Below, one piece after another: positions 24,351 through 37,141 of a DNA stretch of 64,000 nt. The notes below the pieces were generated by a model. It did no database searches and had not been told where the DNA came from. It was given only the letters and a program-made list of their open reading frames with translations. This stretch comes from Camelus dromedarius (lineage: Eukaryota). Position 1 is the stretch's first letter; each line of letters opens with the position of its first letter. The position numbers were made by a program, and so were the translations under genes. The DNA lies in NCBI RefSeq assembly GCF_036321535.1, contig NC_087436.1, forward strand, positions 8,184,001 through 8,248,000, written 5' to 3'.

Positions 24351-26048
24351 ATCAGTGCATATGTAAAAGTCTCTTAAGATAAATTATAAATGGAGATCCA
24401 GAAGGTACTTTGATTTATTATGATAATTATAGCAGAAACAACATAAATGTCCATCTTCCATAGCATTCATACATAAACATAACATAAAAACATAACAAAA
24501 ACATAAAATCAAGTCTCCATACATTCAAATGTTTTGGTTTTGTTTTTTTTTTTTTTTTTCATTGTTTTTTTCTGCCATTTCTTATGTGCCATGATCATTC
24601 CTTGCATATATTTTTCAGAGTTGGTCTTTTCAAAAGGAGACAGACATGTGCTGAGTCCCTTCAAAATAAGAAATCTCAAATGACATAAAAAATACATTAC
24701 TTAGATTATAGGACAGATAATATTTGGAAAAGTCAACTATGACTGGAAGACAGAAACTCCAAGAGATATACTAAGACTTCCATTTGTCTTAGCAAGTGAG
24801 ATTTATTTTTATTTTTAACATTTGATTATGAAACAGATATCTATAAAAATGTAAATTTCTTTTGGATATTCATAGGGCTATGGAGGAGATAAGATATTTT
24901 GGCTTGTGAAGCAACTGATCAGAGGTGAAGGTGATGTCACAAAAGATAGAAAAACATAAACAGAGGGGAGAGAAAAATGAGTTAAGAAAACAATCTCTGG
25001 TGCTTTTATACCAAGTAGGAGAAAGTGAAGCCAAAATAGTATATTCAAGATTCAAGAAATTAAAAATGTGAAGACGTTTTTTAAAAAATCGCAGTTGTAA
25101 CTCCAATAAAAAAAAAAGTAATAAATTACATCGAAGTTAGTGAGATCCTTAATTTCAGCAACAGATATGGAAATCAACATGGAACCACTAATACAACAGA
25201 ACACCATTATGATCAAATAAAAAATACCATTGAATAGCTAGGCATGTAGGCAGACATCTAAAAATGGTAACACATTTCAGTAGATGATAAAGGTCTCATG
25301 GAAATGATACTCAATGTTAAAATAGAGGGATGTTTCAAGGCCCTAAAATGTACTCAGTTTGAAAGTATGGAAAACTGCATTCACCATGAACTGCTCTTAG
25401 ATTTTACTAATTAGAGAGTATTTTGACAGGTGTTACACTACCCAGTGTTTGGGGACAACTTTTGCTTCATGCTTCAGAAATTCTGTTTAGCATGATGAAT
25501 TTAAATAGTCCTCTTAACTTGCTTATTTTTTATTCCCTTTAAAGTACATCTTATAAATTAAAAGCAGTGGGTGTGCTGTAAAATCTAATTAGCTTTCAAG
25601 CTTCCTGTCAGATTTGTTTTTCTACGAGGAGTGAGAAAACATGCCACGGACAGGTAATACGCCTCTCTTCGAGTTTTGCAATGAATATTAGGAAACCCCT
25701 GGTATTAAAGCTGGATGTTTCTGAGAGTATTTCAAGTCATTAGGGGGCATTTAGTGCAGTAGAGCCGTAATTCACTGAATTTCAGGCACTGGTGGCTTAA
25801 TGCAGTTAGTACAATGTAATTTACACTCAGGGAGTCATTTATACACCTGGAAAAGTCTAACCCATCGCCTACTTAATTGACATGATTTTTTAAAGAGAGA
25901 TGGAGTACCTTAATATTTACATGGAAAGGAAATTGGGATTAAACTACCTCTTCACGGTCAGAGAAAAAATTAATTACCGAAGTAAGACTTGAAATTTTTT
26001 CCTCATTCTCAGGGTTTCACTTAAGAAGAAAATATTGTGATGTGACCC

Positions 26049-26707
26049 TGCTGCCGAAAGATTGGCCCCCATCCCTGATGAGCCAAATAACTCAGAGTCC
26101 AGGTCTTGGGTCTTAGAAGAAAAGAGGCAGCTTTATTGCTTTGCCAGGCGAAGGGGACTCACAGCAGGCTAGTGCCTTCAAAACTGTGAACCCTCCTTGG
26201 GGATGGGGCTTAGTGATTGTATAGTGAACAAACTGGGGGTGTAAAAGGTGATATTAACCAACAAGAGTCTCTGGTGACACTTCCTCCTGAATCTTGGCGA
26301 GTCTGTCCGGCATCATGGGACCGTCCGGTGGTCTGGAGGGTCATCAGCCCGCGACCTTTATCTGATCAGACTTAACAGGTGCCAGGAGGAACTTCGGAGG
26401 GTCTGGTCATTCTCCTGAGAGCAGCATCCCGTGACTCCCTTCCTGGGGGAATGACTCAGAATGCAAACATGATTGTAAATTTCAATTGCCAGAGTAAGGT
26501 GAGACAAACGGGGAAATCAGTAACTTTAGCTTTAACAACGGGCCTGGCACTGGGAGCCGTGTCTGGTCAGGCGGGTTTGCTGATTGTTCTAAAAGCAAGC
26601 TGTCAGCATAAAGCCAAGAATTAGTTAGCCTGAGTGTGGCGATTTTGTTATTTCTCCTTGAAACCTATGTGAGTATAATTCTAGACTTTGTTTAGGTTAT
26701 AATTTCA
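26049..26707 (-). mobile_element. Young ERV1-class solo LTR
   Basis: tgctgccgaaag...gttataatttca termini, minus-strand AATAAA (ctttattgc near 26131), GC- and CpG-rich against AT-rich flanks. Confidence 0.85.
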
Positions 26708-28830
26708 AAAGATGCACATTAATATAGTACACGACACAAAAGTTACACAGTGTATTTGTCATTTATATAAGGGTCACATTATAAAGTTAGCGAGTTATGC
26801 AAATAGCTCTGATAAATTCCTCCTGAATAATCTCTCTGGGAGTCGTTGCCAAAGAGACATGTGCTTCTCAGGAATCCAACATAGTTTCAATATTAGAAAA
26901 TATTCTTCTCCTGAACACTCAGTGGATACTAGGCTTAATTTTAGGAACTGAGAAAACCATATAGCATTAAACTCTAGAATCATGCTCAGTGTGGCATGTT
27001 CCAACTCTGAGGGTCAAGGGGAACTTCAGTCCATGGAGACTAAATAGGGGTAATTGCAGGGAAACCATTCTAACTAAATTCCAAGGTAGGACAAAGGTCT
27101 CCAAGGAGACCTGGGACAGATAAACTGTCTCACTTCTGTCAAAGTGGCACTGAACTTTGCTGTGGCAGCAAAGAAAAAAATAATTGCTACTGTTCACATC
27201 TTGATGCCTGGAGTGTGGCTGCAGTGACAGATTGGAAGAGCAAGGAGTCCCAGGCACACATAGAATCCAGACTCACTCAGCGGTTTGACCATGAACTCAA
27301 AGGTTAAGGAAAATGCAGAGACTCAAGCTAGCCTCGCCTTGTGTAAGGACACAAAACTCTGTGTGCCCCCCAGGCTCTGAGCTCACACGGTGGTAAAGCC
27401 ATTACATTAGCACTGTTGGAGCTTGAGCATCTGCTCCAGGAGGAGGGGAAGGATAGACTCCTGCCCCACCATGAGTCCTTCAGCAAAGTAACAAGCAAAT
27501 AAGACACCAATGCAGAAGGGACAAAGCAAAGGTTCACAGGGAGAAGGTTTGAAGAAAAAGCTACATGACCCAGTGAGAGAGGTAGGGAAACCAATTAGAC
27601 CAAGCAACCTGCACTGATGCAGATCAGAAGTCTGTGATCACGGTGGGTGCGGGAGGCAAGACATTCCATCTCACGAAGACCTCCACGGACATGAGGCAAA
27701 TTGAATGGCCCAGGGTTCTGGAGGATGTACAGGAAAACTCACAAAGCCCATCCCAAAGCCAGGCTCACAGGGCTTTCCTAAGACTGAGCTGAAGAGGAAA
27801 ATTTGGAGATTATAAATGTGAGAAATAATAGTATGCTACTTGCGAAGGGACTGGTTCACGAAGCACAGGAAAAATTCCTTTGGCATTCAGACCCTACATA
27901 AATAACAAGGTAGCGGCAGATATTATCTGGTGTTAGATGTATTAGAAGGACTCAGATGGTAGAGAATCTGGTGGAAAACTTGGAAACAGATAGAGACAGA
28001 TGGGAAGTTTCAGTGAAACATTCAAAAGTATAATAGAGGGTTAAATATGAATGCTAAATTATACATAATCTACTACATAAAGAGTATTTAGAGAGGATAT
28101 CATTCAAACTATTCCTTCAAAAGTTTTACCAGCAGAGTTAAAAACTTACCAAAATCCTCAGCATAAATAAAAGAATAAATCAATAGAATTTGACAGATCA
28201 ATAATAATTATACAAACTTAAAAAGAAAGATACAAAAGAGAGTACAAAAGGGAACCAAAAAACGCAGGGACTTGAGACAATATTGCATATATTGTGCCAA
28301 ATAAGAAAAGAAGTGTAGAAAAATTACTTGAAACAATGATGTCCATAAAGTGTTCACATTTAATACAAGACAGAACACACAGAGAGAAGCATCTCAGAGA
28401 ACCCCAAGCAAAGAGTGTTTTTTAAAAAATTACACTATAGTCAAGCTCCTAAAAACAAAAAAAAAAATGTTACATATAGAGAAACAGATCTAAGAAGACT
28501 TTTCACATGAAATTTCTGAAGCTGGTGGACAACGGAATGTCTTCCTTCACACCCTGGAAGTACAAATTGCCAACCCAGAATTATATTTTCATCTAAAGTA
28601 GCTTTCAAAACTCATGGCAAAATATGAGATTTTTTTCTTTTTTTCAGAGAACAAAAACTGAAAGAATCCGTTGCCAGCAGACATGCAATAAAAAAAAATT
28701 AAACAGAGTTTTAGACAGAAGGCAAATTATAATAGCTGAGTCTATTACAATGTGGGTCTTCATAAAGAAATGAAGAGAGCTGAAAATGGGAAGAAAATAA
28801 ATGTGAACCATTTTATTTATTTCTGATATT

Positions 28831-28898
28831 TTAATTTTTATTATTTTGAAGTTATTTTATTTTGTTCTATTTTAGGGGTAGGTAATTAGGTTTATTTA
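28831..28898 (-). mobile_element. 5'-truncated Vic-1-type SINE (tail only)
   Basis: Reverse complement taaataaacctaattacctacccc plus A-rich tail; perfect 13-bp TSD tatttctgatatt at 28818-28830 and 28899-28911. Confidence 0.85.
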
Positions 28899-29324
28899 TA
28901 TTTCTGATATTCTTAAAGATAATACATCATTTTAAACCAAAGAGTAGAAACATTTTATGGTGAAAATAAAAATTTTAACAATGTGACTTGGAAGTTAAGC
29001 ATGTGTGAGGGTATGAAGGAGGAATTAATAGTACAATATTTTCTACTGTAAGTTATGTGGCATTGTATTTTTTGACAAGACTTATATTACAGACATAATG
29101 GTAAAAAATAGAGCAAGCACGTTAAAAACAAATAGATTTAAATAATAATTCACTAGTAGAGATAAAAATGTGACAAAAAATGTGCTGTAGAGAAGAAAAG
29201 AGAAACAAAGAACAAGATGATGTATTCAATCTCAACTATAGTGATAACTAAGTTAAACATTAATAGACTAAATGTTGCTATTAAGAGGCAGAAATAGTCA
29301 AGCTAGATTGGTTTAAAAAGATTT

Positions 29325-29506
29325 TCAGACACAAACTACTATATAGAAAATAGATAAAAAATAATTTCCTACTGTATAGCACAGGGAACAATAATCAAAA
29401 TCTTATAAATATCTATAATGAAAAAAAAATATATATATAACTGAACCAGTACGCTGTACACCAGAAACTGTCACATTCTAAATCAACTCTATTTCAATTA
29501 AAAAAA
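29325..29506 (+). mobile_element. Short lineage-specific L1 3' end
   Basis: cagacacaaactactatata...cctactgtatagcacagggaac...gctgtacaccagaaact...aatcaactctatttcaatt followed by an A tail. Confidence 0.9.
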
Positions 29507-29828
29507 CCCATTTCCTCAAGAAAAACTTTTCAAGTATCAAGTTATAGAGACACTAAAAAGGAAACAATGTAAAAATATGTATCACATAAACACTAAAAAA
29601 AAAACCTGGAGTATCGCTATTACTACCAGACAGAGTGGACTTCAAGACAATGAAAATTACCAAGAATAAAGAGGAATATTATATATTAATCAAATGGTCA
29701 AATTACTAGGGTACATAACGATTCCTTCCTTCCTTTAAACTCATAAACTGTATCACTTTTTTCATTTCCCATCTACTTTGTTCCCTTCTTTTTTCTAATT
29801 TACCATTTCTGATCTATATTTCCTGCTC

Positions 29829-29832
<4 letters not shown>

Positions 29833-29859
<27 letters not shown>
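29833..29859. repeat. (CA)n microsatellite
   Basis: Directly visible. Confidence 0.95.
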
Positions 29860-29861
<2 letters not shown>

Positions 29862-30959
29862 GACAATTTAAACAAAACATGCTTTCATTTAAAGTAGTGT
29901 TTCTCAACCTTTTCAACCTTTTTCATATTTATCTCAAATTCAAGATTTTGTATTATTGATAAGCTCATCATGGCTGAGAATTTTTATAATGGGAGAAATT
30001 TAAAAGATATTTGTGGTTATAATAATATTTCCTATACGTCATATCCTTCACGCCTAACTCATCATTATATACCAAATTGTAAAGACCTGACTTGTTAAGT
30101 ACTTCTCAATGTTTCTAAAAATTGAGAATTCTTCAGCATTTTGGTGAATTTATACTCCAGCAAAGTCCCTTAAATATGATAGACATTCTGTAAATAGTCA
30201 TTTAATAATAATTATTTAAAAATGCTCTAAAGATGAGTGTTCTCAAGATTACTATTAAAAATACAAGGATGCCAGGAGACATGCGACACCTCAGATATTC
30301 CCTCAGGATTTTTTAGGGTTGAATTGAAATTATAATTTGAAAGTAATCATAAAGTAAATGAAATATAAAATTTGATAATTAAAAATTATAGTTTTGTTTC
30401 CAATCACTATTAGACATAACAAAATTTGCTAACTCATTAGAATTTATAACACATGTTTGTATATTAACCTATAAGTTGGCATAAATTATATATATTTATT
30501 ATATATTATTAGTCTTGATGCAAATTCAAATATAAATTCAAGAAAACTGAAGTTTAACATATACCTAGTTCTTAGTGTCAGAAACAAACCCTGGTATGAC
30601 TCTGAATGCACTTTTCATTTTATTACACCATATTGCTATTTCAATTAGATGTAAAGCCAATTCTCCTTTTTGTATTTACAGTATGAAAAAATGATAAGAC
30701 AACTCTTAAAATATGGGCAAGTTAAAATGTTACACTCTTTCACACTTTGAAAAGAACATGTCTTTATTAAGATGGTCTCTAAAAAAATCATGCCAATCAT
30801 TTGCCTTATGTCCACAAGTTTGTTAGAATTCTACTTCTACAGACTTAAAAAACATTCTTTAAAAAAAAAATTCACATTGATAAGTAGTAAATATTATGAA
30901 ATAGAACATCAGAAAAAAGCCAAAATAATTTACCAATTTTGACATATTTTTATAAGTAC

Positions 30960-31490
30960 TATTGATTACGCTCTCTAAAGGACCCTCTGCCATCATTCTG
31001 GGAAATATCTCCTTTACACACACCTTTCTATTAGTGCTAGATTCCCAGTCACTAAACACATTCAAATAAAAATCTGTCCCTTCTTCTGTTGAATTAACCT
31101 TTATATACACTGTTTATTCTTTAAATTACCTTTTTCCAGGATCTCCAACTAGACATTCAAATCTATGACCACAGCTTTTAATGATCTTATTCTTTCCACC
31201 TCCTCAGCATTTGGTACCTCACACTTCACCTAGAACAATCTCTGCTTCAATTATCCCAGCTTATCAGAATCCAAAACCACCTCTTCTGTTCTGCCACACT
31301 CTGAGAATAACTGATTCTCCTAGTTCATTGTAAAACCACTTAAAATGTCATCCTTCACATTCTCCCTTCTATCCATCAATTACTTTGCAATTCCCAACTC
31401 ATTGCATTCTAGTTTCTGCTTTACTACATTATTGAAATTAACTTTCTTAGGCTACTCACTTATTTCTTAATTATCTTTGCATTGTCCATA
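30960..31490 (+). mobile_element. L2 internal remnant
   Basis: Pyrimidine-rich; caactcattgcattctagtttctgctttactacattattgaaattaact resembles the L2 RT 'QSGFRPHHSTET' region. Confidence 0.55.
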
Positions 31491-32587
31491 TCTCAAGTAC
31501 GTTGTGAAATTAAAAAAAAAAAACAGGCAAATGGAATGTCATTCATGAATATGGATCTAGATAGTAGAGTTATATAAAAATTGGACATCTTTTATTTAAA
31601 AAAATAACATTTGGTGTTTCCAAATAAGATACTATATTTGAAATTACTATAGACTGAATCTAAAGTGTTTTTTCTGTTATTTACAAAGAAAGAAAAAGTA
31701 GTAGCAGTGAAGATTCAATGATCATTGAGAAATATTGGAATATTATAAAACAAGAACAAAGAATGATCAAATGTGTTCAATTTAATTAAGAGTTTAAATA
31801 ATATATGAACCCAAAGATACTTATACATAGTTCAAGTTGGTCAAATTTTATCTTGGAGAAAGTTGTGTCTACAGAGAACTAAGGGCATATACAAGTCATT
31901 TCTGTAAATGTGCTAATATATGGATTATGTATCAGGTAGGTTAAAACTGAAATCTTCCAAGAGAACACAAGATAAATAATATCAGATTTAGTTATGCCTC
32001 CAGCTGGAAGAGTGGTCCCCAAATGTGGGGTGAAAATGACAATCCACTGTAAAATAAGAAAAATTTATTCAAATTTCTATTTTTTTCTCCCTAGAAATTC
32101 AAAAGAAAATAAATCCAGCTTAATAAATTTCCATCTAAACATGTTACTATTTAAAATACTTACACATATCTGTACTTATCTCTACATACTTGTATTGATT
32201 CAATAGCAAAACCTGTTTATTTACTATTTGTATTTCTGTAAAAATAGCTTTAGTTATTTAATGAATCGTGGTTGTTAGTATCATTCCTATTTATTCTTTT
32301 TTATATTTCACAGATTTCTAAAAAAATTGCAGTTTATCTGTAGCTTGCCACATGGATATAGGTTATGTTACATTGCTCTTACATAAATGTAAGTGGATTA
32401 TTTTAAGAAATAATTACTTAGAACACTAAGGATGAAAACTCAACAAGCAATGAACAAATGAAGGACTCAGTTTATTGTACACATACATACTCTAACAGCT
32501 TGTGGCAAGGGGAGTTAATGATTATATAACTGACAATAAAGCAATAAAATCAATATTAGAAGGAAGACTATTTAAAAACTTACATTT

Positions 32588-33232
32588 CTCATGTTTTCAT
32601 TGAAGTATAGTTGATTTACAATGTTTCAGGTGTACAACAAAATTATTCAGTTAAACATATATATAAATCAATTCTTTTTCAGATTATTTTCCATTGTAGG
32701 TTATTACAAGATGCTGAATACAGTTCCCTGTGCTATGCATTAGGACACTGTTGTTTATCTGTTTTATATATAGCAGTTTGTATCTGCTAATTCCAAACTC
32801 CTAATTTATCCCTCCCTGACCCTTTCCCCTTTAGTAACTATAAATTTGTTTTCTATGTCTGTGAGAAAATTTCTGTTTTGTAAATAAGTTTGCTTGTAGG
32901 TTGTTTTAGATTCCACATATAAGTGATATCATACAATATTGGTCCTTCTCTGTCTGACTTATTTCACTTAATATCATAATCTCCAGGTCCATCCATGTTG
33001 CTATAAATGGTATTATGTCATTCTTTTTCATGGCTGAGTGGTATTCCATTGTATATATGTACCACATTTTCATTATCCAGTCACCTGTCGATGGACATTT
33101 ACTTTGCTTCCACATCTTGGCTATTGTAAATAGTGCTGTTATGAACTGTGGTGCATGTTTCTTTTCAAATTATAGTTTTCTCCAGATATATGCCCAGGAA
33201 TGGGATTGCTGGATCATATGATAAGTCTATTT
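32588..33232 (-). mobile_element. Lineage-specific L1 3' end with TSD
   Basis: ORF 32906-33115 (WKQSKCPSTGDWIMKMWYIYTMEY) is the ORF2 tail; ttgaagtatagttgatttacaatg terminus; TSD tttaaaaactt(a/g)cattt at 32571-32587 and 33233-33249. Confidence 0.95.
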
Positions 33233-33969
33233 TTTAAAAACTTGCATTTTTCTTAATAGTGATCAACTATTTGTGTATTTAGTGTCCAGGTATTAGTTTA
33301 GCATGGAAATTCTATTATTTTTTATTCCTATTTTGTTTTTGGTTTTTAAAGCACATGGCACTTTAGCATAACCATCCAGGCAGATGATTTACAGTACAAG
33401 AGTTTCATATGTGCTTATAATGCTGAACGTGTTTTACTGATAATTGAGTGATATGGAAGTTCAAGAGATAATTTAATTAAAGTGTTATTATTGTCAAATG
33501 TACAAAATGTTTTGAGAAACACAAAAAAAAGGTGAAAAAAATCAATGAAGATTTAGACTTCTTCATTGTGAAAGAGTTCTAAACCAATAAATATCATAGA
33601 TCTAATTAGCAAAATATATATAAATATATAATGAAAATTTTATGACAGAATCAAGAATTTTTAAACAATTGAAATTGAATGTCTGTTGTCCCCAATTTAT
33701 AGTGTGTCATTTGGAAAGCATATTGAACTGAGGGATGGACAATGCGTCGATACCGTTTCTATCTATGATAAGAGATTCTAATTGAATCCTCTGAATTATA
33801 GAGCAGTGAGTCTCACATATTCAGCAAACTCTGTAATCTATAATTGAGGGGAGAGCCATGAAGTGAAAGGAAACATTTATTAAAAGACAAGGAAATGATT
33901 TTATTGAGAGAAAAATCACTTTTGGTGTTTGCAGCAAGCTTCTAGATTTGTTAGCAAAAATCGAAGCAT

Positions 33970-34548
33970 AGCAAGGCAATTCCATCCAATACTCATTGCA
34001 TCCAGTACTCCTTTCTGTCTGTCTTGTTGGGGCAGCCACGTGCCCAGCTAAGTAATGATTTAACCAGGCTTCTTGATGCTGAGGATGGCTATTCTGTTCC
34101 ACCAATAAGACATTAAGTGGAATGCTGCTGAAAAATTTTGGGAAAACATTTGTAAGATGACATGGGGTTAAGACAACACTGATTGTTCCAAATCAAAGGC
34201 AGGGGAGAATCAAAAAGAATGCTTTTCTCATAATCATATTTTGTAAAAGGTTATTGGTGGATCTGGTACCATTTTTTTCTTGGTCTTTTCTTGAATTCAG
34301 AATCTATAGATTTAGCAGACTTCAGTACATTCATAAGACAACACCAATGAAGAAGAGAGTCAATATTGTAAGACTGGCAGAGAGGAGAGACAGAAAGAAA
34401 TGGGTTTATTAAAAGGAATTTTTACAACCACCAATTCCAGTTTCCATATACCAATACTGTAATGTGTGATATAAAATAGACCCCTTATCTGTTTAGTCCA
34501 CCAAACGTTTACTTTCCATTACTTGAAGCTGATTATATTTTTACATAT
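33970..34548 (+). mobile_element. MLT1J/K-like MaLR LTR
   Basis: ggcagccacgtgcccagcta...caataagacattaagtggaa and 3' end ccccttatctgtttagtccacc...ttacttgaagctga. Confidence 0.55.
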
Positions 34549-35174
34549 AATAAAAGACTGGTTTATGGTAGGTACCACATGGGAAGTACTTACATATTCA
34601 AATATTCAGTCTGTCTGCAGCTCTCTGATTTCTATACATTCCCATAAAACATACACACCAGTCACATTGAGTTGTCTTGCTTTTGTCATTTAATATCCTC
34701 TTCATCAATTAAGATTTAGATAAATGTCATATTCAATATAAGCACATCTTTGGTATTTTCTCTAAAGACATAAGTGTCGTGTTTTCTTGGTTGATCACAT
34801 TTTGTTGTTGTTAATGTTGAATGCTTATCATGTTACATCCTTATTTGTTCTTTTCTCCTGTAAGTTCCTTAAAGGCAATATCTTGTATTTGCATATAACT
34901 TTATTAGAGGTTCATAGTAGTTAGTTGTAAGAAAATGTTAAAGGAATAAAGGAATGGTATTATCATAATTTTTCTACCAGGAAAAGCTTTAGTTTTTCTT
35001 TTCCTTCTGTGCATATGTTTAATTGAAAAAAAAAAAAAAACTTAGAAAGGCATCTAGAAAAAGTGTGAAATCAAAAGGGACAAAGAATGAAAGTCATCTG
35101 CTCAAGAGCTCTTATATCCTTTATAAACGTTTGTCTAGCAAACAGTGACATAGAAATTGTATGACAGGCTCTTT

Positions 35175-35280
35175 TCTCAAAGCTTTACAAATATTAACTC
35201 ATTTAATTTTTATAATAACCTTGTGTGTATGTACTAACATTAGCACCATGTTTCAGAAGGCAAGATGGAGGAATGAGAAG
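35175..35280 (-). mobile_element. MIR fragment
   Basis: gctttacaaatattaactcatttaatttttataataaccttgtg matches the MIR core region. Confidence 0.7.
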
Positions 35281-35289
35281 GGGGAATAT

Positions 35290-36560
35290 AATTTTAGATA
35301 TGATGCTTTATCTACATGAGTCTACCAACCAGAAATACTGAATCAATATGTAATTTCCTCCCCTCTCTTTACTTGATTAGCTGACTAAAACATGGATTTT
35401 GATGGAATTTTCTAAAAGTTAAGGTTTAAATATTTCCTATTTTAATGTAGAACAATGGATAAAATGACTTAAAGAGATAGAAATATTGGCGGGGATTTGT
35501 CATGTGATTTTCTCATATACCTTTAAATATATCCCCAAAGATGACCATGTTGTTGAGAAAGTTGATGAAGGGGACACTAGCATCATTAAAAGGCATTGCC
35601 ATTTCTACCTACTGAAGGCTGGAATAAGGTAAGAGATACTACCATTGATACCCACTCCTTGATTTTATTGGAAGTGATGTGCTATCAGATTGGAAGGAAA
35701 CAAGTAACAGTCTATAATTTCCAGGGATAAGTTAGGCCTCAGATTTAAACAACAGATTTAGGCCTCAGATTTGTGGCTGTGGTTAAGTGATATTAAGGTG
35801 TCAATAACTAATATAATTGGGTATTGCACTAAGGGACCACTTGATTTATATCGCAGAAGCTAGAGGTCCTTAAAATAGGTACAGTTTGGGTTGTCATGAA
35901 AATTAATGGCCCCTCTTCCAATTCTTGAACATGAGTTAGTTAAGTTCACAATCCAGCACCTCTTAAAGAAAACTCATACAATTGCAAGGACAGATTTTCC
36001 AATCATACAACAAATGTGCCTGTACTATAAATCTTATTCCTGACTTTTCCCAAGAGGCCCAAAGAAAGGCTCTACTGGGTAACAGGGCTTTAACGAAAGA
36101 GAAATAAACTAGTCTTAGAACTTTTTGGACATTGCTCCAAACAGATGATTTTTCCTCAAATACAGGGTATCACTGAGGTCTGCTGGTTAGGCTTAGGGCT
36201 CACGGTTGTCAGGTAATAAATATGATTTATCCTAAGAGTGTCTTTCAGTGATCTCAATGCATTCAAGACCATCTTACTTATATATCTGCAGACAGTGAAT
36301 GCAAGACCAGACCATATATATTCAGAAACTGTCAGAATCCTCCCATTGGATACCTAAAACTTTGAATGAGATTTATTATGGAAGACAAGACCAAGTACCT
36401 GTGCCAAAAGCCAGGGAGTTTCAACTCCATACTTAATTTAAATCAGAAGCAATACTCATCCCAAAGTGAATGACAAAATTTGGCACCACCATAAATAATC
36501 TAAAAGATTCTTATCACAGACCCTTTTAACTTGCTTCTTCAACTTTTGCAGCATATCATC
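35290..36560 (+). mobile_element. ERVL internal fossil (gag, protease, start of RT)
   Basis: Decayed motifs LRKLMKGTLASLK (cf. VRGAPASLKS), DLWLWL, protease LDIA...LVRLRAHGCQVIN (cf. LDTG...VRVGAYGGQVIN), and LNQKQY...TTINNLKD (cf. VNQKQY...ATIKDLKD). Confidence 0.8.
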
Positions 36561-36635
36561 ATGCCTGTGTGTATGTGTAGATACACATACTGCTCTACAA
36601 GAAAGTTTTTAGGACATTTATTATAAAATAAAATA

Positions 36636-37141
36636 CAGATCTTCCTCAACTTATGATGATATTATGTCCCAATAAACCCACTGTAAGCTGCAAATATTGT
36701 AAGTTGCAAATACGTGTAATACACCTAGTCTACTGAATAGCCTAGCTTAGCCCAGCCCACCTTAAACGTGCTCAGAGCACTTCCATTAGCCAACAGTTGG
36801 GGAAAATCATCTAACACAAAGCCTATTTTATACAATAAAGTGTTGAATACCTCATGTCATTGATTGACTACTGTATTGAAAGTGAAAAACAGAATGGTAT
36901 CTGGGTCTAGGATGGTTTTCAGTGTACTCGTTGTCCATCCTTGTGATCACAGGGCAGACTGGGAGCTGCAGCTGCTGCCACTGCCTGGTATCATGGGAGA
37001 GTTTCCCACCCATATCACTAGCCCAGGAAAAGATCAAAATTCAAAACTCAGCGTATGGTTTCTAGTGAACGCATATGTCTTTCACAGTATCACAAAGTCA
37101 AAAAATTGAATGTCGCACCAGCTTGAGTCAGGGACTGTCTG
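36636..37141. mobile_element. MER47/Tigger5b-like MITE, complete
   Basis: TIRs cagatcttcctcaacttatgatg ... gagtcagggactgtctg, TA on both flanks, body matches recalled MER47. Confidence 0.92.

Larger units (their letters stand above)
27090..29725 (+). mobile_element. Old L1 (5' UTR, ORF1 and ORF2 EN start), carrying younger insertions
   Basis: ORF1 3' motifs (tgccaacccagaattatattttcatctaaagtagctttcaaaa; gttgccagcagac) and EN start (aatagactaaatgttgctattaagaggcaga; cagacagagtggacttcaagacaa). Confidence 0.7.
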
